Positions 37,421 to 46,145 of a stretch of DNA of 64,000 nt are shown here, piece by piece. How positions within the stretch are numbered: the stretch's first letter is position 1; each line of letters opens with the position of its first letter. A program made the translations under genes and the position numbers. A model generated the notes under the pieces. The model made no database searches and had not been told where the DNA came from. It was given only the letters and a program-made list of their open reading frames with translations. Origin of the DNA: Actinomycetota bacterium (lineage in GTDB: Bacteria > Actinomycetota > Acidimicrobiia > Spongiisociales > UBA4744); NCBI GenBank assembly GCA_013152275.1, contig JAADGS010000028.1:1-64000 (forward strand), written 5' to 3'.

Positions 37421-37990
37421 TCAGTCCCGCCACCGATTGGCGAGTTTGTCCGCGTACTCGTTCCACCGGTAGCCGGCATGCCCCTTGATCCACTCCAACG
37501 TCAGTTCGGGCCGCCAGCCGTAGTACGCCTTCTTCACCAGATCCACGTTCTCGACCGGCCCCGTCCTGCGCTTCCATCCACGCTTCTCCCACCCTGCCGC
37601 CCACTCGTTGATGGTGCGTACCACCAGATTCGAATCCGAATAGATGGTCATGGGGGTGCCCTCGGGAACGAGGTCGAGTGCCGCAATCACCGCGGTGAGC
37701 TCCATACGGTTGTTCGTGGTGTGCTCCGCGTGTCCAAATGCCTCGGCGACGATCTCGTCGTCGACGACGTAGACCGCGCCCCAACCGCCGGGGCCGGGAT
37801 TCGGTGAGGCGCTCCCATCGGTGAACACCCCGGTCGTCGGCCCGTCGTCGACCGCCGCTGCCGGACGGTCCTGCCTCACGGCATCCCGACAGGTGCGACA
37901 CACCGACGGTTCCCATCCCGGGAAGCGGTCGAGGACATGCCGGGGCAGCGAGAAAACGGCTCCACAGGTTCGACAGGTGAATCGAGGCAT
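37421..37990 (-). CDS. rnhA: Ribonuclease HI with N-terminal CxxC-x19-CxxC zinc-ribbon-like extension
   Basis: FTDGS..NPGPGGW, TTNNRMEL, SDS and WIKGHAG...NEYADKLA; N-terminal CRTC...CRTC. Confidence 0.9.
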   Translation of the reverse strand: MPRFTCRTCGAVFSLPRHVLDRFPGWEPSVCRTCRDAVRQDRPAAAVDDGPTTGVFTDGSASPNPGPGGWGAVYVVDDEIVAEAFGHAEHTTNNRMELTAVIAALDLVPEGTPMTIYSDSNLVVRTINEWAAGWEKRGWKRRTGPVENVDLVKKAYYGWRPELTLEWIKGHAGYRWNEYADKLANRWRD

Positions 37991-38254
37991 GGCCGTAAGG
38001 ATACGCCGACGCGGTGTGCCCTCGGAACTCCTTCGGAACGGTTCATGCGGCAGCCGTCCGGGGCTGGGAGGCTCACCGTACCCCCCGCTGGGGCAACGGG
38101 TATAGCGGGCACGGATGGAGGGTAGCCAACCGGACGGCCGGCCGCATGCATCACGGTACCCGCTTCTCGCGAGCTTGTGCAACCACTCCCATGGATCCGC
38201 GCCCATACGGCACATGACTCCGCTACACCTCCGGCATGCTCGAACGGATACCCG

Positions 38255-39619
38255 TCAGGGCACCAGAATGGGGTCGGTCCGGCCGTCGCCATCGACGTCC
38301 GCGCACTCGGGCGCGACATCGCGATCCAGGATCGGAGCGACGAGGGCACTGAACCTGCGCCATCGCCACGCTCCGGACATCGCGACACCGTCCGTCTCAT
38401 CCGAGCCGTATCCGGAGACAAGGCTTGCGCCGCAGGCCGTGAGGCGCCGCGACCACTCCGAATCCCCTCGCTCGCCGGGCTCGCCGGACTCGAAATCGCG
38501 ACCGAGGCTCCACCATCCGGTGCCGAGCATCACCGCGTCACCGTCCGGATCGTCCCATCGCACGAAATGCACCCGTCGGTCGCGATGCTGCACCGCCGCC
38601 ACCCGGTATGCGGCGACACCGTCGGCGTCGGCAAGGACCTCGAGGATCGCCCCTTCCTTCGTTTCAGGATCACCCTGATCGAAGAGGAAGTTGCCGAGGC
38701 TCGTCGCCACCACGGTCGGTCGTGCACCATCGATCACGAAGACGGGCTGGACGACATGTGGCCCGCTCCCCCACACGACGTCCACGCCCCAGCCGTGGAG
38801 CTCCCCGGCAAGCTCCGCCATGTACGGGTCGGTCCGTGTGCGGTATTCGACCCCGCCGTGTACGGCCACCACGAGCAGATCCACCAAGGGGCGCAACCCG
38901 GTCACCGCGGTACGGACCGTCTCGTCGTTCCACGGTGCGATGCCCGCCCGATCATCACCTGCCGGGGTACCCGCTCTCGTCGCGTCGAAAGCGAGAAACC
39001 CCACGCGAAGGCCCCGCACCTCCACGATGACGGGCCGCACGGCTTCGCTCAGGTTCGCCCCGCCGCCGACCGCCAGCATCCCGGCATCATCGATCGCCTC
39101 GACACTGTCGATCACCGATGCCCGCCCGGCGTCACCCGCATGGTTGTTCGCCACCGACAGGACATCCGCCGCGGCGAGCAGCCGCGCCGTCTCCGGCCTC
39201 GCCTCGAGCGCGTACGGATTGAGCGCGATGTGTCGCCGATTCGTCAACGGCGACTCCATGTTCGCGCCGGCGATATCCACCTCCGAGAGGACGGATCGCA
39301 CGTCCTCGAAGATGCTCTGCGGGTCGCTGCGAACGATCCGCGACAGACCACGGCCGAGCATGACGTCACCCACCATCGCGATGCGGACGGTGGGGCGCCG
39401 TGTCGTCTCCAGCGTGGCGAACGTCGTCGTGGTGGTCGACGTCGTCGTGGTGGTCGACGTCGCCGTGACGGCCGGAGGGACGGACGTCGCCGTGGTCGAA
39501 GTCGTCGGAGCCGGAACATCGGACGGAGACCGGGCAGGTCCGGATGCCCGCGGCACGCATCCGCCGACGAGCAAGGCCACCGCAGCGATGCCCACATGGA
39601 ATACGACCCGGGTCGTCAT
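38255..39619 (-). CDS. CapA/PGA_cap family metallophosphatase-like lipoprotein
   Basis: Lipobox VGGC, Thr-rich linker, GDVMLGR, NMESP, ANNH, HGGVEY, GPHVVQP and SLGNFLFDQ. Confidence 0.88.
   Translation of the reverse strand: MTTRVVFHVGIAAVALLVGGCVPRASGPARSPSDVPAPTTSTTATSVPPAVTATSTTTTTSTTTTTFATLETTRRPTVRIAMVGDVMLGRGLSRIVRSDPQSIFEDVRSVLSEVDIAGANMESPLTNRRHIALNPYALEARPETARLLAAADVLSVANNHAGDAGRASVIDSVEAIDDAGMLAVGGGANLSEAVRPVIVEVRGLRVGFLAFDATRAGTPAGDDRAGIAPWNDETVRTAVTGLRPLVDLLVVAVHGGVEYRTRTDPYMAELAGELHGWGVDVVWGSGPHVVQPVFVIDGARPTVVATSLGNFLFDQGDPETKEGAILEVLADADGVAAYRVAAVQHRDRRVHFVRWDDPDGDAVMLGTGWWSLGRDFESGEPGERGDSEWSRRLTACGASLVSGYGSDETDGVAMSGAWRWRRFSALVAPILDRDVAPECADVDGDGRTDPILVP
39421..39466. repeat. 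18-bp tandem repeat encoding a Thr/Ser linker
   Basis: ACGTCGTCGTGGTGGTCG twice plus a partial copy. Confidence 0.75.
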
Positions 39620-39624
39620 TCTCG

Positions 39625-40518
39625 TCAACGGTCGATCTTGCCCGGCAACAGAAACGGGTACGGGCGCCGGCGAACCTTGTGATGCCACCACCGGTCGATT
39701 CGGCGAAGACGCTGCAGAAGCTCCCACATTCGAGCGTCACTCGCGTAGTAGCGCCTGACTTCATCCGTGCCGATGGGATCCGACAACCTGCGATTCGCGT
39801 GCTCGAGCGCCAAGGGAATGAGTGAGATGAGCCGTTCCTTGTGGAACTGCGCAACCAGATTGAGGATGGTGGTGCGGACGTCGAAGTAATCGTCGATGAT
39901 CCCTTGAACGAGAAAGCGCTTCACGATCCCCCGCAGAGCCCAGGGCAGTGATGCGAGGAAGATGTCCACGTCGATGCGATCGACCCCTTGGTCGTCTTTC
40001 AGGAGAGGCGTCGTAACGTCGAAATAGACGAGATCATCCCCGTCGACCGCCCAGTTCGAGATCTGTGCATCGATCCCGATCTGGGCGCCTATGGCCGCCT
40101 CGGTCTTTGCGAAGACCTGGTCGAAGAGACGGATGGCCTGTTCTTCCGTTGCCTCCCTGAGATAGGCGTGCCCGACGCACTCGGCGGGAAGCAACGGCTG
40201 GAGGATGTACACGGCGACATCTCGACCGTCGAGCCCCAGTATCTGATGCGATGTCGGCACGACCGCGACATCGACGGCCCGCAACCCTGTCACATAATCC
40301 TCGAGAAGGGCGAGATACGCCTCGACTCCGTCACCGCGTCGAAAGGTCGGAAGCCGCTTCGCCACGGCCATGCCGTCGATACCGGCCCAGGACACGACCG
40401 TCGTGATCTCGCCGTACCCGACGACATCGAGTCCTTCGGCGCGACCCGTGGCGAACGCCTTCTGAAATCGTTCTTCCAACGCCTCCAGGTCGTCGACCCG
40501 AACAGGTTCGAGGTTCAT
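39625..40518 (-). CDS. DUF6206-like protein, probable protein-kinase-like fold
   Basis: GYGEIT, VAKRLP, DAQISNW and YFDVTTP motifs. Confidence 0.65.
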   Translation of the reverse strand: MNLEPVRVDDLEALEERFQKAFATGRAEGLDVVGYGEITTVVSWAGIDGMAVAKRLPTFRRGDGVEAYLALLEDYVTGLRAVDVAVVPTSHQILGLDGRDVAVYILQPLLPAECVGHAYLREATEEQAIRLFDQVFAKTEAAIGAQIGIDAQISNWAVDGDDLVYFDVTTPLLKDDQGVDRIDVDIFLASLPWALRGIVKRFLVQGIIDDYFDVRTTILNLVAQFHKERLISLIPLALEHANRRLSDPIGTDEVRRYYASDARMWELLQRLRRIDRWWHHKVRRRPYPFLLPGKIDR

Positions 40519-41726
40519 GTGAAGATGCTCCGGACGCGGGCGATGATGTCTTCGACTTGCTCATCGTCGAGGATCAGGGGCGGAAGGAACTGCAGCACCG
40601 AGCGATCGTTCTCGGCCCACACGGCGAAGATACCGGCGTCCAAGAACATCTTGGCGGCCATCACGGCCGCGTCGGGGGCCGGGAAGGCCAGCCCCATCAT
40701 CATCCCTCGCCGGCGAAGGTTGAACGGCAGGTCGGAGAGCCCGCTCCGGAAGCGTTCGCCAAGCTCGCGGACACGGGTGAGAAAGCCGGGTGTCTCGACG
40801 ATGTCCAAGACCGCGAGAGCGGCTGCACATCCCGGTTCTGCGCCGCCGAACGTGGAAAGGTGCACGAACGGCAGCTCGTCGAAGAAAGAGAACACCGCGG
40901 GACTCATCAACGTGGCGCTGATCGGATAGATCCCTCCACTCAACCCTTTTCCCGTGACGAGGATGTCCGGAACGGCGTCGAGTTGTTGATAACACCACAT
41001 GGTTCCCGTCCGACCGAGCCCGGTCTGCACTTCGTCGAGCACGAGGAGAGCGCCTCTGGATCTCGCGAGCTCCGCAACCGATGCAAAGTAGCCGTCGGCT
41101 GCGATCGGCATGCCGAGAGTCGCCGGCACCGGCTCGAGGAGTACGGCGGCAGTGTCGGAATCGATCTCGCCGGCGAGCGCATCGATGTCGTCGAACGGGA
41201 CCTGCACGAAGCCGGGAAGGTTCGGACCGAACGGTGTGCGGTATTCGGGATCACCGGCTGCCACCGAGAGCCCCGTGTGCCCGTGGTAGCCGCCTTTCGC
41301 GGAGACGATCTTCTGTCGACCGGTCACCCCTCGAGCCGCCTTGAGGGCGAGATCGATCACTTCTCCCCCTCCCACACCGAAGATCACGCCCGACAGTGCC
41401 CCGCCGGTCGTTGCGACGAGCCGCTCCGCGAGCCTCGCCCGCATCCCGGAGACGAGATGATGATTCCCGATATCGAACGAGTCCAGCGCAGTTCGGACGG
41501 CACCGAGGACACGCGGATTCCTGTGACCGAGGTTGAAGACACCACCATTGCAGTGGCAGTTGTAGAAGCGGGTTCCGTCGTAGGCGTCCGTGAAGATGGC
41601 ACCATCCCTGGATCCCATCACGAGACCGAGCTCCAACCGGCGATACAAGGCCACTTTGCCGGGAGAGATGTACGTGCCGTAGGCGTCGTAGGTCGCATCG
41701 CTCGTCGGATACTGTCGAAAACTCAT
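40515..41726 (-). CDS. Class III PLP-dependent aminotransferase
   Basis: GYHG, LEP, DEVQTGLGRTG, GKGLSGG and STFGG motifs. Confidence 0.92.
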   Translation of the reverse strand: MSFRQYPTSDATYDAYGTYISPGKVALYRRLELGLVMGSRDGAIFTDAYDGTRFYNCHCNGGVFNLGHRNPRVLGAVRTALDSFDIGNHHLVSGMRARLAERLVATTGGALSGVIFGVGGGEVIDLALKAARGVTGRQKIVSAKGGYHGHTGLSVAAGDPEYRTPFGPNLPGFVQVPFDDIDALAGEIDSDTAAVLLEPVPATLGMPIAADGYFASVAELARSRGALLVLDEVQTGLGRTGTMWCYQQLDAVPDILVTGKGLSGGIYPISATLMSPAVFSFFDELPFVHLSTFGGAEPGCAAALAVLDIVETPGFLTRVRELGERFRSGLSDLPFNLRRRGMMMGLAFPAPDAAVMAAKMFLDAGIFAVWAENDRSVLQFLPPLILDDEQVEDIIARVRSIFT

Positions 41727-41779
41727 CGCACCTCCTTCGCCAGTCCAGACTACGTCGCAGCCTCCTAGAGTGGAGGGAA

Positions 41780-42556
41780 ATGAGGCGGGCCATCAGAGAC
41801 AGCGTCGTGGTGCTCACCGGCGCTTCTTCAGGGATCGGCAGGGCGACGGCACTCGCCCTCGGCACCAACGGCGCAAACGTGGCCGTCGCCGCCCGCAGAG
41901 AAACACTCCTCTCAGACCTTGCGGCAGAGATCACAGCGAGGGGTGGCCAGGCGCTCGCCGTACCCGTCGACGTCACCGAGCGTGACCAGATCAGGGACCT
42001 GATCGAGCGTACCGTGCAACGATGGGGGCGGATCGACGTCGTCGTGGCGAACGCCGGAATCTGGCAGAGTGCCGCCGTCGAGGCAACGGCGCCCACGGAC
42101 TGGCAGACCGTCATGGCGGTGAACTACTTCGGGGCCCTCAACACCGCCCTGGAGGCGCTCCCCTTCCTGGAGCGGGGAGCCCAGTTGGTGTTCATGAACT
42201 CTCTCGATGGCAAGAAGGGGGTTCCCTCGGAAGCGGCTTATGCGGCGGCAAAACATGCACTTTCGGGGTTCGCCGGCGTCGCCCGCCAGGAACTCGCCAG
42301 TCGGGGAATCGCCGTGACGAGCATCTTTCCGGGAAGAGTGGACACCGCGCTCATCGATGGACTCCGGGTCCCGGCGATCCAGAGGAAGATGCCGCCCGAG
42401 AGAGTCGCAGAGGCGATCCTCTCGGCGATCCGGCGGCCTCGCCCGGAGATCTATCTCCCCGCATTCGGTGGACGCGTCTATGCGTGGCTGGGAGCATTGG
42501 CTCCAAACCTGTCGGACAGGCTCACGGCGCTCCTCGGCCTGCAGGGCAGGATGTAG
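41780..42556 (+). CDS. SDR family oxidoreductase
   Basis: TGASSGIG, ANAG and YAAAK motifs. Confidence 0.9.
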   Translation: MRRAIRDSVVVLTGASSGIGRATALALGTNGANVAVAARRETLLSDLAAEITARGGQALAVPVDVTERDQIRDLIERTVQRWGRIDVVVANAGIWQSAAVEATAPTDWQTVMAVNYFGALNTALEALPFLERGAQLVFMNSLDGKKGVPSEAAYAAAKHALSGFAGVARQELASRGIAVTSIFPGRVDTALIDGLRVPAIQRKMPPERVAEAILSAIRRPRPEIYLPAFGGRVYAWLGALAPNLSDRLTALLGLQGRM

Positions 42557-42748
42557 GACGATTCGGAGCCGGGCACGGAGACGTCCGAGTTCGTCGACGA
42601 CGGCGGTTACGCGCCTGGCGCGCCTGTACGGACACACCGCAACCGAAAAGGGTCTTTCGCCTCTGGTCGGCTTCCGATGACAGACAGATGATGGGGACAG
42701 TTCAGGGGACCGGAGCCGGTAACGTCTACGTGCCAGGCGCCGGTACCC

Positions 42749-42896
42749 GAGAGAGCCGGGAGCAACTCGACCCCAATCGATCCCACACCCCTCCCGGCTC
42801 TCTCCTCGCGTCCAACATCCGAGAAGGACAGCTCGTCTCGAGGCTCCCACCGGGAGACACTCCCGGCTCTCTCCTCGCGTCCAACATCCGAGAAGG
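42749..42896. repeat. Two identical 37-bp direct repeats with 32-bp spacer plus an inverted partial copy (REP-like cluster)
   Basis: CTCCCGGCTCTCTCCTCGCGTCCAACATCCGAGAAGG at 42791-42827 and 42860-42896; reverse complement of its first 14 nt at 42749-42762. Confidence 0.85.
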
Positions 42897-42959
42897 GCCG
42901 TTCGACCCTGGTCGTACCCCCATGAGCCTGCAAGAATCCTGCGCACCGAAAGGCGGTCC

Positions 42960-43421
42960 ATGTTCGTCTCCTACTTCTCACAAGTCCCTGTGCCCTTCGA
43001 CATAGCCGTCGAACGACTCGAGCCGGTGCTCGGTGAACTCGGCGGATGGGCCCACGAGGCATACCGGAATGGCGAGAAGCTGCGAGCGAGAATCGGAATG
43101 GGAAAGGTCGCACCCATGATCGCGAAGACCGTCGTACTGGAGACGGCCACCCCTGAGCGGGGACTGGACAGCTTGATCATCCCCGTCTCCTGGAGGGCGA
43201 CGGGGGCGCCGATGTTCTTCCCCATGATGCGGGCAGATCTGCACCTGCTACGGGTCTCGAAGGACACGACCCAGATCAGACTCAGTGGCTCGTACACGGT
43301 CCCTCTGGGCTCGATAGGACAGATCTTCGACGATGCGCTCCTCCATCGCATCGCAGAGGGCACGATCGAGAACTTCGTCAATCGTATCGCAGAGGCGCTG
43401 ACGACGACACGACGGGAATAG
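42960..43421 (+). CDS. Hypothetical protein (possible SRPBCC-like fold)
   Basis: WRATG..FFPMMRADL and SGSYTVPLG...LHRIAE patterns; upstream AAGGCGG. Confidence 0.7.
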   Translation: MFVSYFSQVPVPFDIAVERLEPVLGELGGWAHEAYRNGEKLRARIGMGKVAPMIAKTVVLETATPERGLDSLIIPVSWRATGAPMFFPMMRADLHLLRVSKDTTQIRLSGSYTVPLGSIGQIFDDALLHRIAEGTIENFVNRIAEALTTTRRE

Positions 43422-43435
43422 GCCGCCGGGCGGAA

Positions 43436-44113
43436 TCAGAAACGTTGTGTGGTGCGAAAACGACGAGCGGCCGTTCTCGCCCGGCGCAAGGGTTCCGGAG
43501 TACGAAACCGGCCCGTCGCAAGCTTCACGATCTCCACGGCAAGCTCCGGGTCCGTTCGCCATCCGGCGTGCACGCACAGGGGACGCACCCCGGCCCTTGT
43601 CCGCAGCCAGTACCCGACGACCTCTCCTCCCAACGTCAGTGGGGACCGGGACCAGCGCTGCTCCCGGGGCCACACGCCGGAGGCCAGGAGCGGACGGTGC
43701 GTTACACCGACCGTGGGAATGGCGAGGACGGCTCCGAGATGCACGGCGAGCCCGCAACGACGGGGGCTGTCTCGCCCGGTCGCATTCACGATGAGCACGT
43801 CGGGCTCCCCTTCGAGAGCATCCACGGCTGCTGCGAGAAGCGGCCCTTCACGAAGCGCGAGGAGCCCCGGCCGGTAGGCGGCACCGGCAGGGCCCCTCAC
43901 CACTGCAACCTGGGCATGCCGTCCACGCTGCATCATCACGGCCGCGGCCCATCCCGGGTCACCGGCGTCGCCTGCTCCCGTCCCACCTCTCGGAAAGCAG
44001 ACGAAAACGCCACCGACGGACGGGGTCCCCGACACGGCGAAGACACTCGGCTGCATCGAACCGAGGCAAGCCTGCACATCGCGGAGATCCTCGGCGGTGC
44101 GTGGCCAGTCCAT
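43436..44113 (-). CDS. nfi: Endonuclease V family protein with atypical active site
   Basis: YRPGLLALREGP, PRRCGLAVHLG, PTVGV and FRTPEPLR motifs. Confidence 0.8.
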   Translation of the reverse strand: MDWPRTAEDLRDVQACLGSMQPSVFAVSGTPSVGGVFVCFPRGGTGAGDAGDPGWAAAVMMQRGRHAQVAVVRGPAGAAYRPGLLALREGPLLAAAVDALEGEPDVLIVNATGRDSPRRCGLAVHLGAVLAIPTVGVTHRPLLASGVWPREQRWSRSPLTLGGEVVGYWLRTRAGVRPLCVHAGWRTDPELAVEIVKLATGRFRTPEPLRRARTAARRFRTTQRF

Positions 44114-44147
44114 ATGCCAAGGGTATCGAGACCCCGGGGAGTGTCGA

Positions 44148-44759
44148 CTACTTCTTCTCGGATTCGTAGAAGGGACTGGTGCCGGCCTGATGGTCGGTGA
44201 CATCGATGATCTGTCCGAGATCCGGAATCATGCGACGAAGGATCTGCTCGATTCCCTGCCGCAACGTGACCGAGGCGAGTCCACATCCTTGGCAGCCGCC
44301 GAGTAGCCGCACGTACACGTCCCGGCCCTCGACGCCCACGAGCTCCGCCGATCCGCCGTGCGAGACGATCGCCGGATTCACCTGTTGCGAAAGGACCTGA
44401 GCGACCTGCTCGGCCAACGATCCCGTCGGCGTCCCGACCGAATCCAGATCGAAGGTCGGGCTCGCGGGCCGGTTCGGGTTCTCCATGGCCAACCCACCGG
44501 CCTTCACGTCCAGGAGAGCACCGTCGAGCTTCTCGATGTCTTCATTTCGCAGAGCGAGCGCAAGTTCACCATGGCGCTCGATGCGGTGTGTCCGCTCCAC
44601 GTCCGAGAGCGGCACGAAGCTCAGCTCGTACGCGAAATCGTTGCCGTGCATTCCGGTGACTTCCAGCAAGAGCGCTGCTTCGAGATCACCGGCCTCCTGG
44701 TCCCGGATCTCGATGATCTTGGTGCGGGCGAGGTCGGTGATCGTGAGTGTTCGTGCCAT
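44148..44759 (-). CDS. nfuA: Fe-S carrier NfuA/NifU family protein
   Basis: VNPAIVSHGG, GGCQGC and DVTDH..G..PFY motifs. Confidence 0.9.
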   Translation of the reverse strand: MARTLTITDLARTKIIEIRDQEAGDLEAALLLEVTGMHGNDFAYELSFVPLSDVERTHRIERHGELALALRNEDIEKLDGALLDVKAGGLAMENPNRPASPTFDLDSVGTPTGSLAEQVAQVLSQQVNPAIVSHGGSAELVGVEGRDVYVRLLGGCQGCGLASVTLRQGIEQILRRMIPDLGQIIDVTDHQAGTSPFYESEKK

Positions 44760-44878
44760 TGCGGGTCACATCGTACCGGGGGCCCGACGCAACATCCGGT
44801 CCCTGTTTCGGCTTCGCCGGCTCACGGTCCCAGGCAGGCTGCAAGCCCCTACCGACGAGAAACGACGATCATGGGTCC

Positions 44879-46096
44879 GTGAGCACCGCAGTCATCATCC
44901 TCCCCACCGGAACCTACCGTGCAGGCGACTTCATCGAGGCAGCCAGATCGCTGGGAGTGGGTCTGATCATCGCCTCCGAGGAACGCCACACCCTGCTGGG
45001 CGACGAGGGATTCATCCCCATCGACTGTGCGGATCCACGCCGTTCCGCGGAGGCCATCGTCGAAGCCGGCGACCACCACCCGATCGACGCCGTGATCCCG
45101 GTGGACGATGCCGGCGTCATGATCGCGGCGATAGCCTCCGAGGGGCTCGGACTGGCTCACAATCCCCCCGCAGCGGTCGCCGCCACCCGCAACAAGGCGA
45201 TCCTGCGCAGGGCGCTCGAGGAACGCGAAGTTCCACAGCCCGCCTTCGAACTCGCCGCACCCTCGAGCGATACCGTCGCACTTGCGGAATTCGTCGGAGT
45301 CCCGGTGGTGATCAAGCCCCTTTCGCTCTCTGCAAGCAGAGGTGTCATCAGGGTCGACCACCCGCTTCAGGTCCCGCCCGTGGTTGAGCGAATCCGTCGT
45401 ATCCTCGCCGTCGCCGGCCGGAATCCGAACGAACCGATCCTCATCGAGCGTTACATCCCGGGGAAGGAGATCATCCTGGAGGGGCTCCTCGTCAAGGGGG
45501 TGCTGAGCGTCCTGGCCTTCTTCGACAAACCGGAGCCGATGAGGGGCCCCTACTTCGCAGAGACCATGCTCGTGACACCATCGAGGCTCCATCCCGAGAT
45601 CCTCGAGGAGGTCGAGACGGTGACCGCTCGAGCCGTCCAGGCGTTGGGTCTGCGGGAAGGCCCCATCCACGCCGAGCTTCGCATCGACGGGAGTCGGGTG
45701 GCGATCATCGAGGTGGCAGCTCGCTCGATCGGAGGGCTGTGCGGCCGGTCCTTGCACTTCGGGCTCCTCGGAACGACCTTGGAGAATCTGTTGCTCAGGC
45801 ATGCCCTCGGGTTGCGCCTGAACACCCGACGCGAAGATATCGCATCGGGCGTTCTGATGATCCCTGTACCGAGTGCGGGAACGTTGCAGACGGTCGACGG
45901 ACTCGACGCCGCCAGGGACGTGACCGGCATCACCGAGGTCGTCATCACGATCCCCCCGGGCACGTACGTCATTCCGGTCCCTGACGGAGCACGCTACCTC
46001 GGCTTCCTCTTCGCGAGAGCAGACACTCCTCTCGAGGTCGAGACGTCTCTGGCAGCGGCCCGAAGCGAACTCGAAATCGTGATCACCCCGGACTGA
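44879..46096 (+). CDS. ATP-grasp domain protein
   Basis: PVVIKPLSLSASRGVIR, ERYIPG, HAELR and EVAARSIGG motifs; GTG start inferred. Confidence 0.85.
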   Translation: MSTAVIILPTGTYRAGDFIEAARSLGVGLIIASEERHTLLGDEGFIPIDCADPRRSAEAIVEAGDHHPIDAVIPVDDAGVMIAAIASEGLGLAHNPPAAVAATRNKAILRRALEEREVPQPAFELAAPSSDTVALAEFVGVPVVIKPLSLSASRGVIRVDHPLQVPPVVERIRRILAVAGRNPNEPILIERYIPGKEIILEGLLVKGVLSVLAFFDKPEPMRGPYFAETMLVTPSRLHPEILEEVETVTARAVQALGLREGPIHAELRIDGSRVAIIEVAARSIGGLCGRSLHFGLLGTTLENLLLRHALGLRLNTRREDIASGVLMIPVPSAGTLQTVDGLDAARDVTGITEVVITIPPGTYVIPVPDGARYLGFLFARADTPLEVETSLAAARSELEIVITPD

Positions 46097-46145
46097 TCAC
46101 CGATCATTGCCGGGTTCCCGGCTCCAATCGCGCAATAATGCTCCA

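Noticed and set aside
37421..38250. Retron-like system (RNase H plus structured RNA)
   Set aside because: No reverse transcriptase in the window.
38255..39619. Poly-gamma-glutamate capsule locus
   Set aside because: capB and capC are absent; stand-alone CapA-domain proteins are common.
42791..42896. Bona fide CRISPR array
   Set aside because: Only two repeats, no cas genes, no AT-rich leader, and the spacer resembles the repeat's own hairpin. Kept as a REP-like repeat.
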